The notes beneath the pieces were generated by a model. It was not told the origin of the DNA. It did not search any database and was given only the letters and a program-made list of their open reading frames with translations. From an uncultured Candidatus Micrarchaeota archaeon (GTDB lineage Archaea > Micrarchaeota > Micrarchaeia > Anstonellales > Bilamarchaeaceae), in contig CAWDBH010000010.1 of NCBI GenBank assembly GCA_963800555.1, forward strand, positions 24,765 to 88,764: 64,000 nt of DNA, read 5' to 3'. Below are positions 27,844 through 38,772 of this stretch, piece by piece (position 1 is the stretch's first letter; the number at the start of each line of letters is the position of its first letter). Position numbers and translations under genes: made by a program.

Positions 27844-28254
27844 ATGAATGAAGAGAAATCCTGCGGGATCGTGGTTTTCCGGGAAGATCCAGGTCGCAGG
27901 TTCCTGCTCCTCCATTACGAGGAAGGGCATTGGGACTATCCGAAAGGCCACGTGGAGAAGGGCGAGACCGAGCTCGAGACCGCGCGGCGCGAGACGAAAG
28001 AGGAGACCGGGATGACCGAATTGGATATAATCCCCGGCTTCCACGAAAGCATGGGTTACTTCTATAAGCGGGATAGGAAGACATTCCATAAGGAGGTCAT
28101 CTATTTCCTAGCGAAAACGAAACAGAGCACCGTGACTCTTTCCAGTGAGCATATAGGTTTCGAGTGGCTCGGCTACGAAGACGCATACGCGAGGCTCACG
28201 TATCCGAATGCGAAGGAAATGCTGAAGAAAGCCGAATACTTTTTGCGAAAATGA
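27844..28254 (+). CDS. Nudix hydrolase
   Basis: Nudix box GHVEKGETELETARRETKEETG. Start set at MNEEKSCGIVVF. Confidence 0.85.
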   Translation: MNEEKSCGIVVFREDPGRRFLLLHYEEGHWDYPKGHVEKGETELETARRETKEETGMTELDIIPGFHESMGYFYKRDRKTFHKEVIYFLAKTKQSTVTLSSEHIGFEWLGYEDAYARLTYPNAKEMLKKAEYFLRK

Positions 28255-28260
28255 AAAAAT

Positions 28261-28683
28261 TCAGAGCTGCGCCCGTATCTTGGCCGCGGCGTCTTCGAGC
28301 TCCTTCCTGCTAGTCTCCCTGTCGTAGTTCGGAGGCATGTGGAGGTAGAAGCCGTCGCTCCTGTACCTGGGGATGATGTGCATGTGCGCATGGAACACGT
28401 CCTGCCCGGCTTCTGCGCCATCGGCCATGAAATAGTTTATGGCCTTCACCCGGAGCTTAGACTTCTTCATCGCGATTGCGATCTTCTTCGCAGCCATCAT
28501 GATCTCTCCGGCGATGTTGTCTTCAAGGTCGGTGAGCAGTTCGGCGTGCCTCTTGGGTACTATGAGCACATGACCCGAGTTGATGGGTTTGATGTCCATC
28601 ACGGCTATCAGGTGCTCGTTCTCGTAGACTTTCGTCGCAATGGATTTGCCCCTTATCATGCTGCAGAAAACGCATTCAGACAT
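28261..28683 (-). CDS. HIT-family (histidine triad) protein
   Basis: HVLIVPKRH and the histidine triad HAHMHIIPR. Confidence 0.85.
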   Translation of the reverse strand: MSECVFCSMIRGKSIATKVYENEHLIAVMDIKPINSGHVLIVPKRHAELLTDLEDNIAGEIMMAAKKIAIAMKKSKLRVKAINYFMADGAEAGQDVFHAHMHIIPRYRSDGFYLHMPPNYDRETSRKELEDAAAKIRAQL

Positions 28684-28779
28684 GATGATGATATGTTTGA
28701 TTGGATATTTAACCTAATTCTTTTTGCCCCCCCATTCCCATTCCAAAAAGCTTATTACCAACATTGGAGAATCATCATC

Positions 28780-30697
28780 ATGCGTTTTTCCCTAGAATCA
28801 CCATACAAGCCTGCAGGCGACCAGCCCCAGGCCATCGACAAACTCATATCTGGGGTGGAAACCGGCGGAATGCAGACGCTGCTCGGAGTCACGGGCTCGG
28901 GGAAGACTTTCACTATGGCGAACGTCATCGCCCGCAGCGGCAAGAGCGCCATCATCATCTCGCATAACAAGACGCTCGCAGCGCAGCTCTATGCAGAGTT
29001 CCAGCAGTTCTTCCCGAAAGACAATGTCGGATATTTCATATCCTATTACGATTACTACCAGCCCGAGAGCTACATCGCTTCGACGGATACGTACATCGAG
29101 AAAGAGGCCGAAAGGAACGAGAAGCTTGAGGAGTTCCGGCTGCAGGCGACGTCCTATCTGCTCTCAGGGATGCCCACCGTGATCATCGCTTCGGTCTCAT
29201 GCATCTATGGCCTCGGCAACCCGAGCACGTATTCGGAGCTCGGCCTCGAGCTCAAGAAAGGATTGCGCATGGCCAGGAAAGAAGTGATGCATTCGCTCGT
29301 CAAGATGCAGTATGAGAGGAACGAGGCGGTCCTGGAGAAAGGATCCTTCCGCATGCGGGGCGACATGCTCGAGGTCTTCCCCCCTTTCTCGGACTCCGCG
29401 ATAAGGGTGTCGTTCGAAGACGACGTCCTCCAATGGGTAGAGTCCTTCGATGTGCTGAGCGGCCGAAGGAAGCGGGCTCCGAGCTACATGCTCCTTCCCG
29501 CGAAGCATTTCGTTGTCCCCGAGGAGACGAAGAACGATGCGCTCGCCGCGATATCCGCCGAGCTTGAGGAGCACGCGCCGTCCCTGAAGCCGCTCGAGAG
29601 GCAGCGGCTGGAGCAGAGGACGCGCTATGACCTGGAGATGATCCGGGAGCTCGGCTATTGCTCCGGCATCGAGAACTACTCACGGCATTTCGATGGCCGC
29701 AAGGTAGGCGAGAAGCCATATTGCCTTCTCGATTATTTCCCCAAGGACTTCCTCATGTTCATAGACGAATCCCATGTCACCCTGCCGCAGGTGCACGGCA
29801 TGTACAAGGGGGATTTGTCAAGGAAGAGGTCCCTCGTGGAGAACGGATTCCGGCTGCCGTGCGCATATGACAACCGCCCGCTCAAGTTCGAGGAGTTCGA
29901 GAGATACATGAAGGATGTCATCTTCGTCTCGGCCACTCCGGCGCAATACGAGCTGGCCCATTCATCGCAGGTGGTCGAGCAGAATCGTGCGGCCCACTGG
30001 CCTCGTGGACCCGGAAATCGAGATACGGAAAACCAAGGGGCAACTGGATGATCTGCTTTCAGAGGTTAAGGCAAGAGCCGAGCGGAACGAGCGCACTCTG
30101 GTCACCACACTCACGAAACGGATGGCCGAGGACCTCGCATCTTATCTCCACGACAAGGGAGCCCGGGTCAGATATCTCCATTCGGAGATCGAGACGCTCG
30201 AGAGGACAAAACTCATACGCGCGCTGAGGGCCGGGAAATTCGACTGCCTGGTCGGGATCAATCTCCTGAGGGAAGGCCTCGACATCCCGGAGGTTTCCCT
30301 GGTCGCCATATTGGATGCCGACAAGACCGGATTCCTCCGATCATCGCAATCTCTCATCCAGACCATAGGGCGCGCTGCAAGGAATGTCGATGGCAGGGTG
30401 ATCATGTACTCGGACACCATGTCCGATGCGATGCGCGACGCGATCAATGAGACGGATAGGAGACGGAAGAAACAGGTCCTGTTCAACAAGGCGCACGGGA
30501 TAACCCCCAAGACGATAATCAAGCCGATACCGCCCGAGGACGGCGATGTCGAAGCGGCGATCCCCAAGAGCATGAACGAGAAGCAGAAGGAGGAGCTCAT
30601 CGCGATGTTCGAGGAGCAGATGATGGCCGCGGCGGAGCGGCTGGATTTCGAGAAGGCGATCGCGCTGAGGGACAGGATACGGCTCCTAAGGAAGTGA
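28780..30697 (+). pseudogene. uvrB: excinuclease subunit UvrB, interrupted by a 1-nt frameshift near 29983 (sequence error or pseudogene)
   Basis: GVTGSGKTFTMA, YYDYYQPE, DESH...; the frame ends after VVEQ. The next frame continues [24 protein letters not shown]...[30 protein letters not shown]. Deleting one A of gagcagAAtcgtg restores VVEQIVRPTGL. Confidence 0.9.
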
Positions 30698-30725
30698 TAT
30701 ATTACTTTCTTGGGATATCCTCATC

Positions 30726-31043
30726 ATGCAGAAATTCACTTTGAAGCATATCGGGGCAGTTTCTCTCGGAAGGCTGCTAGCGATCTGGTCGTTCGTGCTC
30801 GGATTGATCTTCCTGGTCGTCTGGGGCGTGGTAAGCCTGATACTTGGCATCGTTGGTCTCGCGTCAGGGGCGGACCTGGTCCAGGTGGTCATAGGGCTCG
30901 GCGCAAGCCTAGTGCTAGGCGTGGTCATGCTGGTGGTCGGCGCCATAGCAATGTTCATCCTGGGATTCCTCAGCGCCATCGTCTATAACATCATCCTCGG
31001 CCTCGGAGGCGGGATAGACTTCGATGTCGGAGAGAGGACCTGA
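30726..31043 (+). CDS. small integral membrane protein, hypothetical
   Basis: 105 aa with three Gly/Val/Leu-rich TM segments, located between uvrB and uvrA. Confidence 0.5.
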   Translation: MQKFTLKHIGAVSLGRLLAIWSFVLGLIFLVVWGVVSLILGIVGLASGADLVQVVIGLGASLVLGVVMLVVGAIAMFILGFLSAIVYNIILGLGGGIDFDVGERT

Positions 31044-31119
31044 TTCTTTTTTCTTCATAATCGCAATCAATAAATACCTCATTCGTCATAAATAGCATAT
31101 CTGGAATCCAAATCCTCAG

Positions 31120-33965
31120 GTGAAACCATCTCGGAGAAAAACATCATCATCAAGGGCGCGAGAGAGCACAACCTCAAGAACATAGACGTAGATATACCCA
31201 GGGGGAAGATAACCGTGGTCACCGGGCTCTCGGGCTCGGGAAAATCCACCCTCGCGTTCGACACGCTCTACGCGGAAGGCCAGAGGCGCTACGTGGAATC
31301 GCTTTCAGCTTACGCCCGCCAGTTCCTGGGCATCATGAACAAGCCGGATGTGGATTCGATAGAGGGCCTGTCGCCGGCCATATCGATAGACCAGAAGACC
31401 ACTTCGCGCAATCCACGTTCGACTGTGGGCACTGTCACCGAGATATTCGATTACATGCGCCTGCTTTTCGCGAGGGTGGGGCAGCCGCATTGCCCGGTGT
31501 GCAAGAAGCTGATATCGAAGCAAGGGCCTGATGAGATCCGCGCGAACCTCTTCTCAAGTTTTTCCGGGCAGAGGATCGAGCTCCTCGCTCCCGTGGCGAG
31601 GGGGGAGAAAGGCAGGTTCGAGAACGAGTTCGCGGAACTCAGGAAAGCCGGTCTCTACAAGGTCTATGTGAACGGCGACCTCCTGGACATCAGCAGGAAA
31701 AACCCGAAACTCGACAAGAACAAGAAGCAGATTATTTCTGTTATCATAGACAAAGTGGCCGTTGAGACGGCATCCAAAGAGCGACTCCACGAAGCGATCG
31801 AATCCGCGCTGAAGGAAGGGGACGGGGTGTTGATCGCGAAAAGCGGCAAACGCGAGACGCTCTATTCGAGGAGCAACTCATGCCCTGAGCACGGCATATC
31901 GCTCGGAGAGATACAGCCCAGGGACTTCTCGTTCAATTCGCCCTTCGGTGCCTGCCCGGAATGCCACGGCCTGGGGTTCAAGATGGAATTCGACCCCGAT
32001 CTGGTTATCCCGGACCGCTCGCGTTCCATCATCGGAGGCGCGATAACCTGCTACAAGGGCCTCATGGAAGGAGGCTGGCGCATGCACCAGATACGCGAGG
32101 TCGCCACCAACAACGGCATCGAGCTCGACATCCCGGTGTCCGAGATACCGAAGGAAAAACTCGACATCATACTTTATGGCACGAAAGACAAGATGAGATT
32201 CACATACGAGGGCAAGAGCTCGAAATACGAGTACGAGAGCGATTTCGAAGGCATAATCCCGCAACTCGAGCGACTCTTCCGCCAGACGAAATCCGAGAGC
32301 AGGAAAGAGGAGATAGGCAAATTCATGCTCGAGAGATCCTGCCCGAAATGCAAGGGCATGCGCCTCAAGGAGGAGATGCTCAACGTCCTTGTTGGTGAGA
32401 AGAACATCATGGACATCTGCCATCTCCCCATATCAGACGCGAAGAGGTTCCTGGCGTCTCTCGAATTGAACGAGAGCGAGAGGAAGATATCGGCCCCCAT
32501 ACTCAAGGAGATAGGCGCGCGGCTCGAATTCCTCGAGAACGTCGGATTGAACTATCTGGACCTTGCCAGGGAAAGCTCGACATTGTCTGGAGGCGAATCC
32601 CAGCGCATCCGCCTCGCCACGCAGATAGGCTCCAATCTGACAGGGATAATCTACGTCCTTGACGAACCGTCGATCGGACTTCACCAGCGCGACAACGCCA
32701 AGCTCCTCGCGACATTGAAACGGCTCCGCGACCTCGGTAACACGCTCGTGGTCGTGGAGCATGACGAGGAGACGATGCGCGAATCCGATTATCTGATAGA
32801 CATGGGCCCTGGCGCCGGATTGCTCGGCGGGGAGATAGTCTCAGCCGGCACGGTGGGAGATATCATCAGCAACAAAAGATCCGTCACAGGGGATTACCTC
32901 TCAGGCCGGCGCACCATCGCGCTTCCTGACAAACGGAGGACGCATAAGGGCCGCATCATCCTCAAAGCAGTCGCCGAGAACAACCTCAAGGGCATGGACG
33001 TCGTTTTCCCGCTCGGAATCTTCACCTGCATAACCGGGGTATCCGGTTCGGGCAAGTCATCCCTCATAGCGGAAACGCTCTTCCCCCTCCTGTCCAACAT
33101 CCTGAACGGGTCGAAGCTCAGGGCTGGGAAGAGCAAAGGGGTGGATGGCGCGTATGAGCTAGACAAGATAATCGCCGTGGACCAGTCCCCGATCGGCCGC
33201 ACGCCGAGATCGAATCCGGCAACTTACATAGGGGCATTCACGCCGATACGGGACCTTTTCTCCAGGACCGAGGAAGCGAGGGCGCGCGGGTACGGGCCCG
33301 GACGGTTCTCCTTCAACGTCCCCAACGGAAGGTGCGAGAACTGCGAGGGCGACGGATTGATCAAGATAGAGATGCATTTCCTCGCGGACGTCTATGTGCC
33401 CTGCGAAGTCTGCAAGGGGAAGCGCTACGATTCCCAGACCCTGGAGATACTGTACAAGGGGAAGAATATCGCTGACATCCTGGACATGAGCGTGGACGAG
33501 GCGCAAGAGTTCTTCGCCAACATTCCTGCCATCAACCGGAAGCTCGAGACTATCAAGGAGGTCGGGCTCGGATACATGAAGCTCGGCCAGCCGGCGACCA
33601 CCCTCTCAGGAGGCGAGGCGCAGCGCGTGAAGCTCGCGAACGAGCTCTCCAGGCGCTCCACCGGGAAGACGATGTACCTGCTCGACGAACCCACCACCGG
33701 ACTGCATTTCCATGATGTGAAAAAGCTCCTCGAGGTGCTGCAGCAGCTGGTCAACCGCGGGAACACCGTGGTGGTGATAGAGCACAACCTCGACGTGATA
33801 AAGAGCGCGGACTGGGTGATCGATCTGGGCCCTGAAGGTGGGGAGGAAGGCGGGAGGATCGTGGCGGAAGGGACGCCGGAGTCCGTCGCGCGCAGCGGCA
33901 CATATACCGGTGCTTACCTCAAGAAGGCCCTCGCGGCCTCCAAGAAGAAGGTTGTGGACGAATGA
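31120..33965 (+). CDS. uvrA: excinuclease subunit UvrA (no canonical start codon in frame)
   Basis: [32 protein letters not shown] and LSGGEAQR, plus zinc fingers. The conserved N-terminus [20 protein letters not shown] is encoded upstream of the first in-frame start (GTG 31215). That frame is open from 31092 without ATG, GTG or TTG. GTG 31120 comes into frame if the A5 run 31135-31139 is really A6. Confidence 0.9.
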
Positions 33966-35521
33966 TGTTCGAGCGCGGCCGCTATCCCGAAGCGCCTGGC
34001 GTCTACCTCATGAAAAGCGGCGATGGCACGGTGATATATGTCGGGAAGGCGTCATCGCTGCGCAACCGGCTCTCGCAGTATTTCTCCAAAGGCAGGGACA
34101 TCAAGACCAGCGCGCTCGTCTCCCATATCTCTTCCATAGATTTCGTCATCACGAAGGATGAGAAGGAAGCCCTGATACTGGAATCGAACCTCATCAAGAG
34201 CTATCAGCCGAAATACAACCTCTGCTTGAAGGACGCGAAGCACTTCTCATACCTAGCGCTCAGCGGAGAAAAATTCCCGCGGCTCCTCCTGGCGAGGAAG
34301 AACCCTTCCGGCGCCTTCCGCATCAAAGGGGCGCAGTTCTACGGCCCTTTCGTGGAAGGCTCCAAGCGCGCTGTCTCGGCCAGATACCTCAGGAAGCTCT
34401 TCAGGATACGGATATGCGGTACCAAGATGCCGAAAAAAGCGTGCCTGCAGTTCCATCTCGGGAACTGCGACGCTCCATGCGTAGGGAACATAAGCGAGGC
34501 CGAATATCTCAAGAACGTCGAAGCGCTACGCTCGATATTGGAAGGTAAGGGCCAGGCCGGCGTGTTGATCGGATCTCTCCGCACGCGGATGGCCGAAGCG
34601 TCGGCAGCGATGGATTACGAGCGCGCGATGTCGCTGCGGGGCCAGATGGAGTCGCTCAAGATATTCTATGACCGGCAGAGAGTGGAGAAGAAGCATGGAT
34701 ATGACGAGGATTACCTCTGGTTCCAGAAGATCGGTGCCAATCTGCACGTGCAGGTGCTGCGGAGCCGCCATGGCGTGATCGGTAAGGTAGAGAAACATTC
34801 CATGGCCATGAAGGAGCAGGAGGATCCAGAAGTCTCCTTCTGCATCCAATATTACTCCGAGATCCCAGACCGCATCTATTCGAACCTATCCGATCAGACG
34901 ATCAAGCTGCTCAATATCGCGCTGGGCACCGAAGCGTTCTCGCATCCCGGGCGGGAGAATGCCAAAGTGCTGGAAATCGCTGCGCGTTCCCTGATCCTGG
35001 GGGAAGTGGACGCTTCGGTCCTCAGACTACGGGAGAAACTCGATCTCGACAACAACCCCATAACCATAGAGACGTTCGATATATCCACGCTTTTCGGGGA
35101 GGAGTCCGTGGGTTCGATGGTCAAATTCGTGAACGGCAAGCCGGACAAGGAAGGCTACCGCAGGTTCAAGATCAAGACCGTCTCGGGCCAGGATGATTTC
35201 GCTATGATGAAAGAGGTCGTCTCCAGGCGCTATGAGCGGCTTATGAAAGAAGGGGGGTCGTTGCCCGATCTCGTCCTGATTGATGGAGGGGCGGGCCAGT
35301 TGCACGCTGCGATGGACGCGATGGAGGAAGCCGGCGTCCGCATCCCGGTGGCCGCGATCGCGAAGAAAGAGGAGGAGATCTATCTCCCTAACCGGATGGA
35401 GACGGTACGCATGGAACGTTCTGATTCCGCGCTCAAGCTCCTCCAGCGCTGCAGGGACGAGGCGCACCGGTTCGCGGTCACTTACCAGCGGTTGAGGCGC
35501 GGGAAGAAGGCGAAAGAGTGA
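33962..35521 (+). CDS. uvrC: excinuclease subunit UvrC (519 aa, apparently lacking the C-terminal HhH2 domain)
   Basis: GIY-YIG GVYLMKSGDGTVIYVGKASSLRNRLSQYF...EALILESNLIKSYQPKYN. It ends just after CRDEAHRFAVTYQRLRR. The ATG overlaps the uvrA stop (ATGA). Confidence 0.85.
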   Translation: MMFERGRYPEAPGVYLMKSGDGTVIYVGKASSLRNRLSQYFSKGRDIKTSALVSHISSIDFVITKDEKEALILESNLIKSYQPKYNLCLKDAKHFSYLALSGEKFPRLLLARKNPSGAFRIKGAQFYGPFVEGSKRAVSARYLRKLFRIRICGTKMPKKACLQFHLGNCDAPCVGNISEAEYLKNVEALRSILEGKGQAGVLIGSLRTRMAEASAAMDYERAMSLRGQMESLKIFYDRQRVEKKHGYDEDYLWFQKIGANLHVQVLRSRHGVIGKVEKHSMAMKEQEDPEVSFCIQYYSEIPDRIYSNLSDQTIKLLNIALGTEAFSHPGRENAKVLEIAARSLILGEVDASVLRLREKLDLDNNPITIETFDISTLFGEESVGSMVKFVNGKPDKEGYRRFKIKTVSGQDDFAMMKEVVSRRYERLMKEGGSLPDLVLIDGGAGQLHAAMDAMEEAGVRIPVAAIAKKEEEIYLPNRMETVRMERSDSALKLLQRCRDEAHRFAVTYQRLRRGKKAKE

Positions 35522-35658
35522 AAAGCAAACCATTAATAATACAGTTATACATAATTTAGTTATAAAACAAGAAAAATTCTGGTTTTTGTTATCCTCAAGT
35601 CCTAAAGAGATCAGAAGATAATCGAAATCGATTTTTCCTAACAACAGGTGAAAATAGG

Positions 35659-36817
35659 ATGAAATTCAGTGATATGAGCATCAGCGCTAGGACTATGTCT
35701 GCGCTCAATGAGATGGGATATATCGAAGCGACAGAGGTACAGGAAAAAACCATACCACTTATGCTTCAAGGCGAGGACGTCATAGTCCGGAGCCAGACAG
35801 GGACCGGTAAAACAGCCGCGTTCGGAATAAGCCTCATCGAGATAATCTCGAAAGACAAGATAAGGAAGGGGCTCATACTCGCACCCACGAGAGAGCTCGC
35901 GGTCCAGATAACGAACGAGATCCGTTCGATAGCCAAGAACCAGAACCTGCATATATTCGCGATATACGGCGGCCAGGGTATGGGCGGTCAGAAAGCCCTC
36001 CTCAGGAGGGGCTATGACATAATCGTCGCGACCCCGGGTCGTCTTCTAGATCATGTGCAGCAGGGCACCATACGCCTCGGCAACATGAATTGCATCGTGC
36101 TCGATGAAGCCGATCGCATGCTCGATATCGGTTTCAAGCCTGATATCGATAGGATAATGGGGATGGTGAGCCCCGAGCGCCAGGTCGTGCTCTCATCCGC
36201 CACCATAGATTCGGCCATAAAGCAGATGGCGAACAGCTACATGGAGACTCCGCAGGTGGTGGAGATCGGCCCGGTCGGGAAGGTCGGGAAGATCGAGGAG
36301 GAATACATCACATTGACGCGCGCCGAGAAGCTGCAGAAGCTGAAGGAGATACTGATGCGCGAGCCGAATTCCAGGACCATCGTGTTCGTCGCATCGAAAC
36401 GCGGCGTCGAATACGTATGCCACAAGCTCAATGAACACAACATCGAGGCTCAATACCTCCATGGCGGCAAGAGCCAGAGCCAGAGGGAGCGCGTGATGCG
36501 CGATTTCCAGGAAGGCATGTTCAGGATACTTATCGCCACGGATGTCGCGGCGCGCGGGCTCCATGTCGAAGATGTCACGCACGTAATAAACTACGACAAA
36601 GCCGATTCCGCGGATACCCATACCCACCGCATAGGCAGGACAGGGAAGGATGGGCAAGACCGGAAAGGCCATAACCTTCATGGAGACGGACCCGATAGTC
36701 CGCGGCAATCGCGGCGGGAACCGCGGCGGATACGGCCACCGGGCAGAGGACCGGAGACCGCGCACGCAAGGGCACGGGAGCTACAGCCGCGGCAGGCCTC
36801 CAAGGCGCAGGTATTAA
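35659..36817 (+). pseudogene. DEAD-box RNA helicase, 1-nt frameshift in motif VI near 36646 (sequence error or pseudogene)
   Basis: SQTGTGKTAAF, PTRELA, DEAD, SAT and HRIGRTG, then the frame is lost. The +1 frame reads MGKTGKAITFMETD followed by an RGG-rich tail GNRGGNRGGYG...RPPRRRY*, ending at 36817 directly before a T7 run. Deleting one A in gggAAgg gives GRTGRMGKTGKAITF. Confidence 0.85.
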
Positions 36818-37004
36818 TTTTTTTAATTCTACATATGATGGTGGATTCGATGAAATTCAAGGCGAGCCATATCAAGCATATGAAATCCAAACGGATCTTC
36901 CTTCAGGACCAGGCCCACATGAAGACGCAGCAGAAAGTCTCCAGGCAGGATCCGAGGAGGAAGAAGATCATTTCTGAGAATGCAACCGATTGACTAACTT
37001 CAAA

Positions 37005-37026
37005 CCTGCCAGTTCCGACTGGCAGG
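37005..37026. terminator. perfect 9-bp hairpin between convergent genes
   Basis: CCTGCCAGT-TCCG-ACTGGCAGG, between the helicase region (plus strand) and the ABC-2 permease (minus strand). Confidence 0.45.
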
Positions 37027-37097
37027 GGTTGTTTATATTCATCCCTCCCGGGATAACCATTTCCTAACCAGCGAAAGCAGTACCTTGTACTGCAGGA

Positions 37098-37842
37098 TCA
37101 CACCTGTATCTTGGAGAACAGGTAGCTGCCTATCGCCATAATTATCACGGTCAGGATGCCGAGGACCGCAAAATCCGTGGTCATGCCGAATTGCGATACG
37201 CTGCCGAGCGCCCCGCGCAATCCATCCACGCCATAGGAAAGAGGGTCCACCTCCGCGACGAAGGTTATAATCGCGGGCAACCCGGCAAGCGGGAACAATG
37301 CGCCTGAAAGGAAGAACGTGGGCATCACCAGGAAGTTCATGATAAGCTGGAATCCTTGCATATCATCCAGCAGCGATGCTATCGCGGTACCCAGCGCGGT
37401 GAAGAACAACGCTATGAGGATCGCGAACAATATCGCGAACGGGAGCATTGCGAGGTTCGGTGAAAAACCCAAGGAAGAGGGCGATGATGAATATCAGCGC
37501 GCCTTGGAGCACGGCTATCGTGGCGCCGCCCAATGTCCTCCCGATCATTATCTCGTACCTCGAGACCGGGGCTACCAGCGTCTCTTTCAGGAATCCGAAT
37601 TGCCTGTCCCAGATTATCTCAATCCCGGAGAATATGGCGGTGAACAGTATCGTCATCGCTATGATGCCGGGGACCAAGAAATCGATATAATTGCCCCCGC
37701 CGGCCTTAGCGAATATCGGCCCGAAGCCGAATCCCAGCGCGACAAGGAAAAGCAAAGGTTGCCCTATGGAGCCTATGATCCTGGCTTTGGAACGGAAGTA
37801 TTTTTTCAGTTGCCTGAGCCACAGTACAGTCAGAGTGTTCAT
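37098..37842 (-). pseudogene. ABC-2 type transporter permease, 1-nt frameshift in a T5 run (plus-strand A5 at 37463-37467)
   Basis: ORFs 37363..37842 and 37098..37472 are consecutive halves of one ABC-2 permease. ...ALIFIIALFLGF then continues SPNLAMLPFAILFAILIALFFTALG in the other frame. Removing one T restores continuity. Confidence 0.85.
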
Positions 37843-37843
37843 G

Positions 37844-38632
37844 CTATCTCCTCATCCGCCGCATCATGCGCATACGCTGGTTAGGGGCCGCCTCTTCATG
37901 GCGTATCTCGTGGCCGGTCAATTCGATGAACGCCTCTTCCAATGAGCTGGTCTTCGTTTTCTCCTGCAGCTCCTTGGAAGTCCCTTGCGCTATGATCTTG
38001 CCGTGGTCTATCACCGCTATCACATTAGCGACCTTGTCGGCTTCATCCATGTAATGCGTCGTGAGAAATATCGTAGTCCCCTCATCCTGGTTCATCTGAA
38101 CGATGTATTTCCATATGTGGTTTCTCGTTTGCGGATCCAAGCCGACCGTAGGTTCGTCCAGGAACAGGACTTTCGGATGATGCAGCAATCCGCGTGCTAT
38201 CTCCAGCCTGCGTTTCATCCCTCCTGAGAAGGTTTTCACAAGGTCGTTTTTCCTGTCCCACAGCTCCACGAAACCGAGCAGCTGCTCTATCCTCTTCTTC
38301 ATCTCATTCGTCGGTATATGGTACAATACCCCGTGGATCTCCATGTTCTCGTAAGCGGTCAGGTCATCATCCAAAGAAGGGTCCTGGAACACGATCCCGA
38401 AGTTTTTCCGGACCTCGTTGGGGTCTTTCATCACATCATGCCCATTGAGAGAGATCTTTCCGCTCGTGGGCGTAAGGACAGTGGTGAGCATCTTGATCGT
38501 GGTGCTTTTCCCGGCCCCATTCGGTCCAAGGAAAGCGAATATGCTCCCGTGCTCGACTTTGAAGGATATGTTATCCACTGCGGTGAACTCGCCGAATTTC
38601 TTGGAAAGATTTTCGACTTCGATAGCTAACAT
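37844..38632 (-). CDS. ABC transporter ATP-binding protein (ABC-2/DrrA-like)
   Basis: Walker A GPNGAGKST, signature FSGGMKRRL and Walker B VLFLDEPT. Its stop lies 1 nt from the permease start. Confidence 0.9.
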   Translation of the reverse strand: MLAIEVENLSKKFGEFTAVDNISFKVEHGSIFAFLGPNGAGKSTTIKMLTTVLTPTSGKISLNGHDVMKDPNEVRKNFGIVFQDPSLDDDLTAYENMEIHGVLYHIPTNEMKKRIEQLLGFVELWDRKNDLVKTFSGGMKRRLEIARGLLHHPKVLFLDEPTVGLDPQTRNHIWKYIVQMNQDEGTTIFLTTHYMDEADKVANVIAVIDHGKIIAQGTSKELQEKTKTSSLEEAFIELTGHEIRHEEAAPNQRMRMMRRMRR

Positions 38633-38772
38633 AAGGATCGCTCATCCTGCGAGTTTGCATGATGCGTCAACATATATAACCCAGTATGGCTGGAAAAATA
38701 TCGCTTAAGAATCCTCAATTTCGAAAGATGATTTTTGGCAAAGCTAATAAATATTTACGGTTTCTTTCAGTC

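Noticed and set aside
28339-28779. N-terminal 147-codon extension of the uvrB ORF in the track
   Set aside because: It is antisense to the HIT gene and has no similarity to UvrB. UvrB homology begins at MRFSLESPYKPAGDQP (ATG 28780).
36838-36993. Possible independent 52-codon ORF (MMVDSMKFKASHIKHMKSKR...) downstream of the corrected helicase stop
   Set aside because: It has no recognisable motif and no evident promoter beyond an AT-rich stretch. It could simply be the chance-open tail that extends the frameshifted helicase ORF. It is noted under the helicase finding only.
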